DNA of 64,000 nucleotides from Nannocystis bainbridge (GTDB lineage: Bacteria; Myxococcota_A; Polyangia; Nannocystales; Nannocystaceae), in NCBI RefSeq assembly GCF_028368995.1, contig NZ_JAQNDL010000002.1:1536001-1600000 (forward strand). Reading direction: 5' to 3'. Below, piece by piece: positions 1 through 9,005 of this stretch. The first letter of the stretch is position 1; each line of letters begins with the position of its first letter. A program made the translations under genes and the position numbers. Under the pieces are notes generated by a model. The model worked only from the letters and a program-made list of their open reading frames with translations, did not search any database and was not told the DNA's origin.

Positions 1-10
1 GAGCCTCGCT

Positions 11-59
11 ATAAATAAAACGACGGGCCCGCCTGGAGGTAACCAGGCGGGACCGTCGT
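11..59 (-). terminator. Intrinsic terminator (minus strand)
   Basis: Stem acgacgggcccgcctgg / ccaggcgggaccgtcgt (20-59) followed on the minus strand by TTTTATTTAT. Confidence 0.7.
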
Positions 60-336
60 CGGTCGAGGGTCCCTACTTCCCCGGCCTCGCACCGCGCTCC
101 GAGGGCGGGACGCTGCGCGTACCACATCCCTCGCCGAGCGGCCCCGCCGCGCCCACATAAAGACCGGGATGCGATCCGCCGGGCGGAGACAATTCTCCGC
201 CCGGATCGCACGGCGGGGGGCCCTTCGCGTCCCCGCCTGGCGCCCGCCGCGAGTGCGCGAACTCCCGCGACGTGGGTCTCGGATCAGGTGGGCGGCCCGG
301 GCGCGGTCGGCGGGGTGCTCGCCGGCCGGGGTCCGC

Positions 337-1143
337 TCACACGCCGAACCGAAGCAGGCGCACGCCGAGGTAGCGCCAGCGCACACCAACGTCCGCGTCA
401 GGCACGAGCATCGCGTAGGCGTTGAGCTCGGCCGTGTAGGAACCCTCGCCGAGGGTGATGGTCCCGTGTGCCGACAGCGACAGCTCGGTGTAGGTCGGAT
501 CGACCGACGACGTGATCAACTGCCGAGTCGTCAGCGGCGTCTCGCCCGCGACTTCGAGGTTAAAAACACCCCCGACAGCCTCGGCGCCCGGCGTACCCGG
601 ATGCGAGATTGCGACGGTGGCGCTCGCGTAGAGCTCGACCTCCCAGATTCCCGGCGGCACCGCAAACGGCGTGGCGAGGCACGGTGCGGAGACCGGGGTG
701 AGCGTGACGGTACCAGCCGCGTTCGCCGTGCCGAGGCCGTCGGCGGCTGTCGTAACGGTCACGACGTCCAGGTCGGGATCGTCCGACACGACGAGACCGG
801 GGCCGACGAATGACAGCCCGGGCCGTGCGCCGACCAGGGTGCCGCCCTGGTAGACCATCAGCTCCAGGCGGTGGGCGTGGTCGGACCGTGCGAGGCTGTC
901 CGCGGTGCCCTCCGCGTTGCCGGGGCCGCTCACCGCGACCGGCGCGGCGGTGTCGGTGTCGTGCTTGTGATCCTCCCGGCTGGCGCGCGGGGCCATACCG
1001 ACCGAGGCCGGCGCGGCGTTGACGTTCCTCGGCTTCTTGGAGCCGAGGCCGACGCCGCCGCCTTTTCCGCCGAGCCCGTCGAAGGGCAGCAGTTGCCAGA
1101 GGCCGGTGTCGTGATCGAGATAGAGAGCGAACGGACCGATCAT
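337..1143 (-). CDS. Putative virion fibre/spike-like protein
   Basis: 268 aa; two His motifs (SREDHKH, ARSDHAH) of the kind seen in phage fibre proteins; beta-rich C-terminal domain. Confidence 0.5.
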   Translation of the reverse strand: MIGPFALYLDHDTGLWQLLPFDGLGGKGGGVGLGSKKPRNVNAAPASVGMAPRASREDHKHDTDTAAPVAVSGPGNAEGTADSLARSDHAHRLELMVYQGGTLVGARPGLSFVGPGLVVSDDPDLDVVTVTTAADGLGTANAAGTVTLTPVSAPCLATPFAVPPGIWEVELYASATVAISHPGTPGAEAVGGVFNLEVAGETPLTTRQLITSSVDPTYTELSLSAHGTITLGEGSYTAELNAYAMLVPDADVGVRWRYLGVRLLRFGV

Positions 1144-1145
1144 GG

Positions 1146-1283
1146 CTACTTACTCGCCGGTCTCGCGGCGGGGGCACTTCTCGTGCCCTCACGCCGGGCC
1201 CACTTCCAGAGGTCGAACAAGACTTCCTCAAGGAAGAACCCGCCGCCGAGCGCGATGCAGCCCTTCAGGAGAATCTCCGCCAC
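1146..1283 (-). CDS. Small hydrophobic protein (45 aa)
   Basis: GTG start after GGGGA; MAEILLKGCIALGGGFFLEEVLFDLWKW...; fills the gap between the MTase and the 337-1143 gene. Confidence 0.55.
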   Translation of the reverse strand: MAEILLKGCIALGGGFFLEEVLFDLWKWARREGTRSAPAARPASK

Positions 1284-1288
1284 GTCCC

Positions 1289-2170
1289 CTACTCGCCGCT
1301 CGCGTCGCCGGTGCACAGTCCGGCCGCCTCGCTCACAGGCCCGAGCGCCAGCTGGCGCCCCCGCCCCTGGCTGAATCCGGTCTCGGCCTCGGCCAGGTTC
1401 CGCGCCGCCAGCGCTGCGTGTTCGTCGACGCGCTCGATCCCGACGATGCGGCGCCCCGAGTTGATGGCGGCGACGCCGGTCGTGCCCGAGCCGAGGAACG
1501 GATCGAGCACGAGCCCACCCGGAGGCGCGGCCGCCACGAGCATGTCGAGGAGGTCGAGCGGCTTCTGCGTGATGTGCTCCCGGTTGTCGCGGGCGTGCGG
1601 CGCCATCCCGATGTGATAGCCCGGGTGGCAGGGTCCATCCGCCGCCATCGGGCCGGCGCTCCCCCACACGATGAACTCGGACGCCGACGCGAACCGCCCT
1701 CGCTGGGGACGGGCCGCCGGCTTGATCCACGGAATCACCCCCCTCCAGATCCAGCCCGCCGCCTGGACGGCGTCCGTCGTCGTAGGCAGTTGTCGCCAGT
1801 CCGTGAACACGCAGAGGATCGCCCCCGGCGCGGCGAGGTCGAGGCAGGCCGAGAGCCAGAGCGCCGACCACGTCAAGAAGGCGCGCCCGTCCCGGTTGTC
1901 GCCCGCGAACTGCGGCAAGTAGTCGCCACCTGTCCCAAGGTACTTACGCGATGGTGCTCGCGTCCTGTCGCCCCGCATGGCGCCGCCGCTGCTGTAGGGC
2001 GGATCGGTGATCACCGCGTCCACGCGGTCGAGCATCGGCAGCACGCGCAAGCTATCGCCGCGAAACACCGTCCACCGCTCGCCGGCGGCATACAGCGCAC
2101 TGGTCCGGCTCAGCGACCGCTCGCCAGCGTCGGCCCCCTTCTCGCTCTCCGAGCTCGGGCAACAAGTCAT
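1289..2170 (-). CDS. N6-adenine/N4-cytosine DNA methyltransferase (beta class)
   Basis: DAVITDPPY (motif IV), HITQKP, VLDPFLGSGTTG (motif I); ATG overlaps the upstream TGA (ATGA). Confidence 0.92.
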   Translation of the reverse strand: MTCCPSSESEKGADAGERSLSRTSALYAAGERWTVFRGDSLRVLPMLDRVDAVITDPPYSSGGAMRGDRTRAPSRKYLGTGGDYLPQFAGDNRDGRAFLTWSALWLSACLDLAAPGAILCVFTDWRQLPTTTDAVQAAGWIWRGVIPWIKPAARPQRGRFASASEFIVWGSAGPMAADGPCHPGYHIGMAPHARDNREHITQKPLDLLDMLVAAAPPGGLVLDPFLGSGTTGVAAINSGRRIVGIERVDEHAALAARNLAEAETGFSQGRGRQLALGPVSEAAGLCTGDASGE

Positions 2171-3138
2171 GGCGCGGCCCACCCCACTTTCAGATCTTCG
2201 AGAGCTTCGACCCCGACATCGCCGCGCAGGATCGACACCACCACGGCGGCCGTTTGGCCCTCCGGGGTCGCGTTGTGCAGCGCGGCCCAGCGGGTGACGG
2301 CCTCCGCCGCGTTGCGGAATTGGGCGCCGGTGACGAGCGTCGCGGCGAGCACGTCGGACGGGCTCATGTCCGGAAGGTCCATCCACTTGGCGACCTTCGC
2401 GGCCACGACCGCGTTTAGCTGCATGCCCGCGATCTTGCCCATGTCGGAGTCGAAGACGCTCCCGAGCACGTCGCGCACCCCGGTAAACAGCTCGGACCAC
2501 GAATCGCGCAGCATGAACCCATCGAGGACTTCGCGCGCCTGGCGGACCGCAGCCGCCCCGACGGCGTACTGCTCCAGGCTCAGCGCGCGCTGCTGCTGCT
2601 GCATCGTGTCCAACTCGAACGTCCTCCGCATGCTCGCCTCGACGTGCTGATCGGCGAGCGTGGCGACGCGGATCGCGTGGCCGGTCGTGTGTTCGACCAT
2701 GGCCTGCAGCGTGCCGACTTCCTTGTCGCGGCGAGCTCGTGCGCGCTCCGCCTCCGTGTTGAGGTCCTCGATCCGCCGCTGAAGCAGCTGCGCCTGCTCG
2801 CGCAGCATCCCGACGTGACGCTGATGCACGTCCAGGTCGCGGCGGTCGTCGCTGTCCGAAGAGACAGGCACGCTCTCCACGCTGACGTCGTCCTCGTCGC
2901 CGCGGGGCGGCACGATCTCGCGCTCGTTGCGATAGACGCGCGGGCGGCCGTGGCGCACGTCCGCGGCCACCCGCTCGAGCTTTCCCTCGAACTCGTCCGC
3001 GCAGGCGCGCGACACGCGGGCCACCAGGGTCACCACGCCGCGGAATGGACCGCGCGCCGGGTGCCCGGCCTTTGGCGCGGTGATCCGGAGCGTTTCCAAT
3101 TCGGCAAACTCGGTATCTCGCGGTTCCTCGGGCTCCAC
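2167..3138 (-). CDS. Hypothetical coiled-coil protein
   Basis: 323-aa ORF with protein-like composition and a central heptad region; stop overlaps the MTase start. Confidence 0.7.
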   Translation of the reverse strand: MEPEEPRDTEFAELETLRITAPKAGHPARGPFRGVVTLVARVSRACADEFEGKLERVAADVRHGRPRVYRNEREIVPPRGDEDDVSVESVPVSSDSDDRRDLDVHQRHVGMLREQAQLLQRRIEDLNTEAERARARRDKEVGTLQAMVEHTTGHAIRVATLADQHVEASMRRTFELDTMQQQQRALSLEQYAVGAAAVRQAREVLDGFMLRDSWSELFTGVRDVLGSVFDSDMGKIAGMQLNAVVAAKVAKWMDLPDMSPSDVLAATLVTGAQFRNAAEAVTRWAALHNATPEGQTAAVVVSILRGDVGVEALEDLKVGWAAP

Positions 3139-3451
3139 GCGGGGCTACTCGCCGGCGTTATGCAGTAGCGCCAAGTAAATTCCGCAACGTGCAGGCGGCG
3201 CCCCTCCAAAGGGGCCGCCTGCTCTTCGAGAGTCTTGGGACTCTCAGATCTAGAGAATCCCGTAAGAAGTACGCGCGCGCGCGCGAGGCAGTCGCCGGAT
3301 CCGGTCGCCGAGCCCGCCGGCGCGCGCGGATCGCCGATCTGCTGTCGCACGCGTGCGGCGAAGTTGGGCCCGGCGGGCACGGACAGGCAAACCGATGTCG
3401 CAGCGCAAAGCGTGCGCTCTCCCGCGGGGGAAAATGGGCGCGTTGCGGGCG

Positions 3452-4174
3452 CTACGCGATACGCGGCGGGCGCCGATGCATCCGGAGCGCCGCGGCCACC
3501 GCCGGATCCGGCTCGGGCAGCTCGACCACGATGTCGAGCACGAGGTCGCCGTCGGGCTCGCCGCGCCGGCGGATACCGCGGCCGCGCAAGCGCAGCGGGC
3601 GACGGTCACGCGTCATCCGGAGCCGCACGTCCCCCCACGGCGTCGGCACGTCGAGCGGCTCGCCGGTGACCACGTGGTACGCCGACACGATCAGGGTGCC
3701 GCGAAGGTCACGGCCCTCGCGTCGCCATGGCCAGTAGTCGACCTCGCCGATCACGACCTCGCAGGCGACGGGCCCGAGCATGCCGAGCAACACGTCGCCG
3801 GGCTCGACGCCGACGGGCAGCCGAACACGCAACGCCAGACCCTCGACGTCGACCTCCAGGGGACCGCCGCTCCAAGCTCGCTCGCCGGCGATGCGCAGCC
3901 GCAGCGAGGGTGACGTGGGACGCGGGGGTGAGCGCGGCGGCGGTCTCGGCGGCGGCGGAGGTGGAGGGGGCGGCGGGGGCGTGGCAACCGGGGGCTCGAG
4001 CAGCAGCTCATACGCCGCGGTGATCCTCGCGTAGAGGCTGGCGTCGCCGCCGGGGCGCTCGGGATGCCAGCGGAGGGTGAGCTTGCGAAAGGCCCTCTTG
4101 ATGTCGCGCACCGGAGCGTCCGGGGGCACGCCGAGAAGGTCGGCCGCGTCGGCGACATCGTCACCGCGAGCCAT
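3452..4174 (-). CDS. DnaJ/CbpA-like co-chaperone with non-canonical HPE motif
   Basis: J-domain LLGV..DIKRAFRKLTLRWHPERPGG..ITAAYELL, Pro-rich linker, DnaJ C-terminal domain (REGRDL..VPTPWG..LRLRGRG..GDLV). Confidence 0.85.
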   Translation of the reverse strand: MARGDDVADAADLLGVPPDAPVRDIKRAFRKLTLRWHPERPGGDASLYARITAAYELLLEPPVATPPPPPPPPPPPRPPPRSPPRPTSPSLRLRIAGERAWSGGPLEVDVEGLALRVRLPVGVEPGDVLLGMLGPVACEVVIGEVDYWPWRREGRDLRGTLIVSAYHVVTGEPLDVPTPWGDVRLRMTRDRRPLRLRGRGIRRRGEPDGDLVLDIVVELPEPDPAVAAALRMHRRPPRIA

Positions 4175-4424
4175 ACGCACCCCGGAAGATCGCGGCGAGA
4201 CGCTCGCCGCGGGCGAGTTGCCGATCGCGTAGTGCATCGAGCGGCGCGTCGCGGTCGAGCGCGAGCGCGAGCGCGAGGCAAACCTCGAGCACGAGGCCGC
4301 GAGGTCGGCGGGCGCCCCGCTCGATGCGGTGAACTGCGCTCGGCCCGAGCCCGAGCAGCTCGCCGAGCTCGGCCTGGGTCGCGCCGAGACGCGCGCGAGC
4401 CCGGATGATCTTGTGACGGTCCAT
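4161..4424 (-). CDS. XRE-family HTH regulator
   Basis: RARARLGATQAELGELLGLGPSAVHRIERG; divergent from the rightward operon. Confidence 0.85.
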   Translation of the reverse strand: MDRHKIIRARARLGATQAELGELLGLGPSAVHRIERGARRPRGLVLEVCLALALALDRDAPLDALRDRQLARGERLAAIFRGAYGSR

Positions 4425-4492
4425 GCCATGTCACTCGCCTTTTTGCTGGCGAGCAAATGGTCCGCGCGCTCTGGGCGGCGAGGTCTCTTGCA

Positions 4493-4963
4493 ATGGCCGC
4501 CGCCGCCGCAAAGCTCTCGAATAGCCTCCCCGTGCTGCACCAGCAGATCGCCCAACAGGGCCGTCAGCTGGTGGAGGCCCGCGCCGACGCGCGCGAGCAG
4601 AAGCAACGCGCAAGCGCAGTCGTCGCCGAGGCGAGCCGCCAGCAGCGTTTTTTCGCTCGGTACACGCTGCCGACGATCGGCATCTACGGGGGCCTCGGTG
4701 TCGGTGTCGGCGCCGGTCTGGCCTGGCTCGGCTACGGCTATCTGCAGGACTGGTTCGGCGCGACCAGTTACATCCCCGCGATCGCGACGCTGGGGATCGG
4801 CGTCACGCTCTTTCTCTTCACGCCGCAGCTCGTGAGGGTCTCGGGTAAGGCCCTCGACAAGACGGCGCCGGTCGCCGTCGGTCTGTACGGCGCTTCGCTC
4901 GGCATGGCTGGTTACGCCCTCTACGAGGGTTATCGCGTGTACTCAGCGCCCGCGGCTCCCTGA
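4493..4963 (+). CDS. Membrane protein (coiled coil plus ~3 TM segments)
   Basis: Gly-rich hydrophobic segments; first gene of the rightward operon; start may be 4457. Confidence 0.7.
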   Translation: MAAAAAKLSNSLPVLHQQIAQQGRQLVEARADAREQKQRASAVVAEASRQQRFFARYTLPTIGIYGGLGVGVGAGLAWLGYGYLQDWFGATSYIPAIATLGIGVTLFLFTPQLVRVSGKALDKTAPVAVGLYGASLGMAGYALYEGYRVYSAPAAP

Positions 4964-5013
4964 CGCGCGCGCGAGTGACAGTTGAAAACATGTCCCAAAG
5001 GACAGGTTGAAAA

Positions 5014-6102
5014 ATGGATATTCTCAGCACGATCGCTCAGTCGCTCGATCAACAGGGACTCACGGACGCGGCCGCGTTCCTCCGCCGGCTCGTCATCGAG
5101 AAGTCCCGCGTTTGCGCGACGCTCGGCAATCCGGACGTGACGGCCTACATCGTGGGCCAGCTCTCCGCGGCCGGCTTCACCGCTGCCGCGCAGCTGGCCC
5201 AGCGTGTGGGCGCCGCCGCCGCGGGCATCTGTCAGGTGCTGTCGACGAATGCGGCGCTGCCCCCGATGGCACAGTCGAATGTGCCAGCGCTGAACCCGGC
5301 CGGCGGCCCCGTGCCCGGCGGCCCCGGCGTGCCCTCGCCCGGCTGGCCGACTCCGGCGCCCGCTCCGGGCTGGCCGGCTCCGGCTCCGGCCGGGGCGTGC
5401 TGCGGCAGCTGTGCCAGCGGCGGGGCGTGCTCGCTGAAGCACAACACCGCGGTCGAGACCTGCCCGCCGGCCATGGCGCCCGCCATGCCCGGGGCCCCGA
5501 TCCCGATGTCCACCGACATCGGCCGCTGGAACTGCCAGCAGGTCCAGCTGGATCTGGCGCCGTGTGACATCCGTCGGATCACGCGCGAGCAGAAGCTCGT
5601 CTCCTTCACCGGCACCGCCGCCGGCGCCATCGCGGCGAACTCCACGATCGACGTGCTGTTCGGCGAGATCGGCGTCTCGCATACCCTCTGCATCGAGCAC
5701 CTGCTCGTCGAGAACGTGACGAACGGGACCGGGGTCGCGCTCCCGATCAGCCAGATCACGCTGCAGGGCGAGCGCATCGCCCAGGAAAGCGGCGGCTCCT
5801 ACGTCCACGTCTGGGACTTCGCGGAGCCCGAGCGCCCCGAGTACCTCGGGATCACGGACGGCCGCTGCGAGTGCAAGCAGCTGTGCACGGGCGTGCCCTC
5901 GCAGGCGAAGGCCCGGATCCAGTTTCAGCTGCCGTCCGCCATCGCCGGCGGCAGTTCTCTGCGCGTGACCCTCTGGGGCCGGCGCTCGGATTGGACGCGC
6001 GTGGTGGGGCCGTGCCCGCCGTGCGACGCGTGCGACATGATCGAGCTCTCGACCGCCGAGAAGGCCGCCCATACCAACGCGATGATCGTCACCGCGCCGT
6101 GA
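5014..6102 (+). CDS. Putative major structural protein with CCGSCASGGAC motif and beta-sandwich-like C-terminal domain
   Basis: 362 aa; helical N-terminus, Pro/Gly linker, Cys motif, alternating-hydrophobic beta strands; capsid role is inference. Confidence 0.55.
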   Translation: MDILSTIAQSLDQQGLTDAAAFLRRLVIEKSRVCATLGNPDVTAYIVGQLSAAGFTAAAQLAQRVGAAAAGICQVLSTNAALPPMAQSNVPALNPAGGPVPGGPGVPSPGWPTPAPAPGWPAPAPAGACCGSCASGGACSLKHNTAVETCPPAMAPAMPGAPIPMSTDIGRWNCQQVQLDLAPCDIRRITREQKLVSFTGTAAGAIAANSTIDVLFGEIGVSHTLCIEHLLVENVTNGTGVALPISQITLQGERIAQESGGSYVHVWDFAEPERPEYLGITDGRCECKQLCTGVPSQAKARIQFQLPSAIAGGSSLRVTLWGRRSDWTRVVGPCPPCDACDMIELSTAEKAAHTNAMIVTAP

Positions 6103-6143
6103 TCTGAGACCGGCCGCCACGTCGCCAGGAGCGCCAGCCAGCC

Positions 6144-6890
6144 ATGAACAAGTTGATCATACCGGCGGTGATCGTGGCGCTCGTAGTCGCGGCCGTGGGC
6201 ATGGGCAAGGCGAACGCCGCCAGCCCGCCGCCCGAGCCCGAGCCCGAGCCGGACCCGCAGCCGGAGCCGGCTCCGGATCTTCCGCCTCCGCCTCCGCCTC
6301 CGCCTCCGCCTCCGCCCGCGCCCGGGCCGTTGGTGCCCAACGTGGCCGCCGAGCAGGCCGCGTGCGCGTCGGCGGTTGCGGACAAGCCGGAGACCGAGGG
6401 CGGCGCGAGCCGGAACGGCGCCCCGCTCGACACGTGGCTCACGTGGGTTGCGTTCGTCCGGGCGTACGGGCGAGCCCCGTCAACGCCCGCTGACTCGGCG
6501 CGCGTGATGATCCTTCTTGCCTGCGTCCGCGAGCGTCTGCTCGCGGAGCAGCCGAAGATCACGGCCAAGCCGACGCCCGGCGCCTACTACCAGATCAAGA
6601 CGGGCGACACGCTCTTCGAGGTCACGAAGGCTGCATATCCCGGCGGCGTCTCCCTCAACGGCAAGCCGCCGACCAACATGCAGGCCGCGCAGGCCGTCAA
6701 CGCGTCGCCCGAAAATCTCCGGTTCGTCCGCATGGTCGCCGCAGAAAAGAACCTGTTCCCGTCCGGTCGCGTCACGTTCATGCCCATTTTCGGAACCTTC
6801 GCCCAGCAGCGCGCCGACGCGACGAAGGGCAGCGAGGGCGCGGGCAAGAATTACGCCGTGATCTGGATCCCGACGCCGCCGGGGGTGTGA
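6144..6890 (+). CDS. Membrane-anchored LysM-like protein
   Basis: N-terminal TM, poly-Pro linker, YYQIKTGDTLFEVTKAAY LysM-like signature. Confidence 0.7.
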   Translation: MNKLIIPAVIVALVVAAVGMGKANAASPPPEPEPEPDPQPEPAPDLPPPPPPPPPPPPAPGPLVPNVAAEQAACASAVADKPETEGGASRNGAPLDTWLTWVAFVRAYGRAPSTPADSARVMILLACVRERLLAEQPKITAKPTPGAYYQIKTGDTLFEVTKAAYPGGVSLNGKPPTNMQAAQAVNASPENLRFVRMVAAEKNLFPSGRVTFMPIFGTFAQQRADATKGSEGAGKNYAVIWIPTPPGV

Positions 6891-6893
6891 CCG

Positions 6894-7439
6894 ATGGCCG
6901 CGATCGGACGCTGGGGGCCGGTGCAGGCTCCGGGGGGACGAACCGAGGGTGCTCCGTGCACCTTCGGTCTCGGGCTGTGCGACGACAACGACGTGACCGT
7001 GTGGCACAAGGAGGCAAAGAACTGGAAGAGCTTTGCCGCGAACCTCCGCGCGGTGGTCGTGGACCAGTGGGGCAACGACACGCAGACGTGGCCGGACCTG
7101 GCCCGATACGGCGAGCTCAGTTGGAAGGATGCCGACGCGAAGCTCGCCGGCGATCTCGGCTTCTTCGACGGCGCCAAGGTCGGCACCCTCTCGCAGATCC
7201 AGCGCCAGCTGAAACTGGCGATGGAAGCCTGGGCGGTCGCCCTCGACCAGGTGCTGCCCAAGCCCGTTGAACCGGGCCCGCTCGTTGGCTACGACGCATC
7301 CGAGAACCCCGACGACGTGCCGCCGGTGGTGCCGTTGCCCGACCTCCCGAACCCGCTCGCGGGCGTCAGCTCGGCGCTCAAGATCGCGGCGGTCGGCCTC
7401 GTGCTCGTCGTCGCCGTCGTCGCGCTGCGGAGGAAGTGA
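6894..7439 (+). CDS. Hypothetical protein with C-terminal TM anchor
   Basis: Ends ALKIAAVGLVLVVAVVALRRK; overlaps the next start. Confidence 0.7.
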   Translation: MAAIGRWGPVQAPGGRTEGAPCTFGLGLCDDNDVTVWHKEAKNWKSFAANLRAVVVDQWGNDTQTWPDLARYGELSWKDADAKLAGDLGFFDGAKVGTLSQIQRQLKLAMEAWAVALDQVLPKPVEPGPLVGYDASENPDDVPPVVPLPDLPNPLAGVSSALKIAAVGLVLVVAVVALRRK

Positions 7440-8203
7440 TGAGCCGCGGCCTCGGCCTCGGCCTCGGCCTTGGCGCCGTCCTGGTCCTCGCCGCTCTCGC
7501 ACGGCGCAAGGGCCCCGGGCCAGCGCCGCCGAACCCGGCCCCGCCCGAGCCGGCGCCGCCGAACCCAGCCCCGCCCGAGCCGGCGCCGCCGAACCCAGCC
7601 CCGCCCGAGCCGGCGCCGCCGAACCCGGCCCCGCCCGAGCCGGCGCCGCTGAACCCGGCCCCGCCCGAGCCGGCGCCGCCGAACCCAGCCCCGCCGAACC
7701 CGGCCCCGCCTGTGCCGGCGCCGCTGGTGCCCACGGACCTGCCGCCCGACGCGGATCCGACTCTGTGGGTCCAGCTGGTGGACGAGCCGGGACTCGAGAT
7801 CCGGAACCCCTCACGGGCCTGGACGACCGCAGCAGCGCGCGCCGTGCTCCGCAAGGGGGCGACCGCTGCGCTCGCGTTGGGAGGCAAGCTGATGGTCGCC
7901 GACGGCGGCCCCGCTGCAGGTCCCGGCAACGTTTACCCGCCGCACAAGAGCCACCGCTGGGGGCGGGACTTCGACATGGCTTATACCGCCGACGGCGTCT
8001 ATCCGACGCCGGGGGCGGTCGCTGTGGATCCGCGGGTGCCCGCGATCCTGGAAGCCATGGCCCCGTGGATCGAAGTCGTCGGCACGACCGCGCCGCGAAA
8101 CCTCGCTTTCCTGGAGCGGCCCTATAAGGTCACAGGAACGTGGCCGGGGCACACGGGCCACCTACACCTCCGGCTCCGCAAGGACTTGACCACGGAGCCG
8201 TGA
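7436..8203 (+). CDS. Membrane-anchored MepA-like (LAS-type Zn) murein endopeptidase
   Basis: N-terminal TM, (PAPPN/PAPPE)n stalk, HKSHRWGRDFD and HTGHLHLR Zn-ligand motifs. Confidence 0.8.
   Translation: MMSRGLGLGLGLGAVLVLAALARRKGPGPAPPNPAPPEPAPPNPAPPEPAPPNPAPPEPAPPNPAPPEPAPLNPAPPEPAPPNPAPPNPAPPVPAPLVPTDLPPDADPTLWVQLVDEPGLEIRNPSRAWTTAAARAVLRKGATAALALGGKLMVADGGPAAGPGNVYPPHKSHRWGRDFDMAYTADGVYPTPGAVAVDPRVPAILEAMAPWIEVVGTTAPRNLAFLERPYKVTGTWPGHTGHLHLRLRKDLTTEP
7520..7710 (+). repeat. Intragenic 15/30-bp tandem repeat encoding PAPPN-PAPPE
   Basis: About a dozen 15-bp units such as ccggccccgcccgag / ccggcgccgccgaac. Confidence 0.9.
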
Positions 8204-8841
8204 GCGTGCCCAGGACAGGCCCTCCCGATCTCGGCGTGGTCCTGGCGCTCGCGTCAACGGTCGTCGGCTTCGGTGGGCCGGCCCTCCTCGCCCGCGTCGC
8301 GCTTGGCGGCGTCGCGCTTGCGGAAGGGGCGGCCGCGGTCCGGCGGTTCCGTGAGAGGGCGGAGGGCTTCAAGGCCGCGGCAGCTCGGGCCGCCGCGACC
8401 GGGCGCCCGCTCGTCGTCATCGGCGATCCCGACGCGGGCCTGCACACGCGAATGGCGCGCGCGTACGACTGCGGCGATATCTGCGTCGACCTCACCGGGT
8501 GTCCCGCCTGCCCTGTCGGCATCGCGGCGGACATCACGAAGGGCCCGATCGACCTCGCCAGCGACTCGGCCGTGGTTTACGTGTCGTGCGTCCTGGAGTA
8601 CGTGGACGATGTGGGCGCGGCCGTGCAGGAGATCCGCCGGATCGCGGGGTCCCCGGAGAATGTCTTTATCGTGACGGTGCACCCGTGGAGCCTCACCTCG
8701 CGGCTCTACCCCGGGGCCCAGTGGGCCGGGAGCGCCACCGCGGACGGCGGGGTCGCCATGCGGCCGGTCAGCAGCACCGAGAAGGCCGCCATCGTCGGCG
8801 CCCTGGCGGCGCTCGTGCTGGCCGCATTCTGGCGGAGGTAA
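8200..8841 (+). CDS. Membrane-anchored class I SAM-dependent methyltransferase-like protein
   Basis: LVVIGDPD, DICVDL, ADITKG, VSCVLEYVDD..AVQEIRRI; hydrophobic segments at both ends; GTGA overlap. Confidence 0.6.
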   Translation: MSVPRTGPPDLGVVLALASTVVGFGGPALLARVALGGVALAEGAAAVRRFRERAEGFKAAAARAAATGRPLVVIGDPDAGLHTRMARAYDCGDICVDLTGCPACPVGIAADITKGPIDLASDSAVVYVSCVLEYVDDVGAAVQEIRRIAGSPENVFIVTVHPWSLTSRLYPGAQWAGSATADGGVAMRPVSSTEKAAIVGALAALVLAAFWRR

Positions 8842-9005
8842 CGGCCCCTCGTGCCCGAGCAGAGCGACCGGAGCACCGCAGCGGCACGCCCCGCCGGGTC
8901 GCGCAGGCAAACGAAGACAAGCGACGCGTGTGCGTCCGGGCGCCGTGTACCTGGCGACCTGGCGCCGATCTGGCGGCGGTAGCCCGACTCTCCGAGCGGC
9001 GCGAG

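Noticed and set aside
236-247. cctggcgcccgc matches 35976-35987 at the tRNA 3' end, a possible second att site
   Set aside because: Only 12 GC-rich bases, plausible by chance in this window, and the match does not extend into the T arm. The position is suggestive, so recheck against an empty-site genome.
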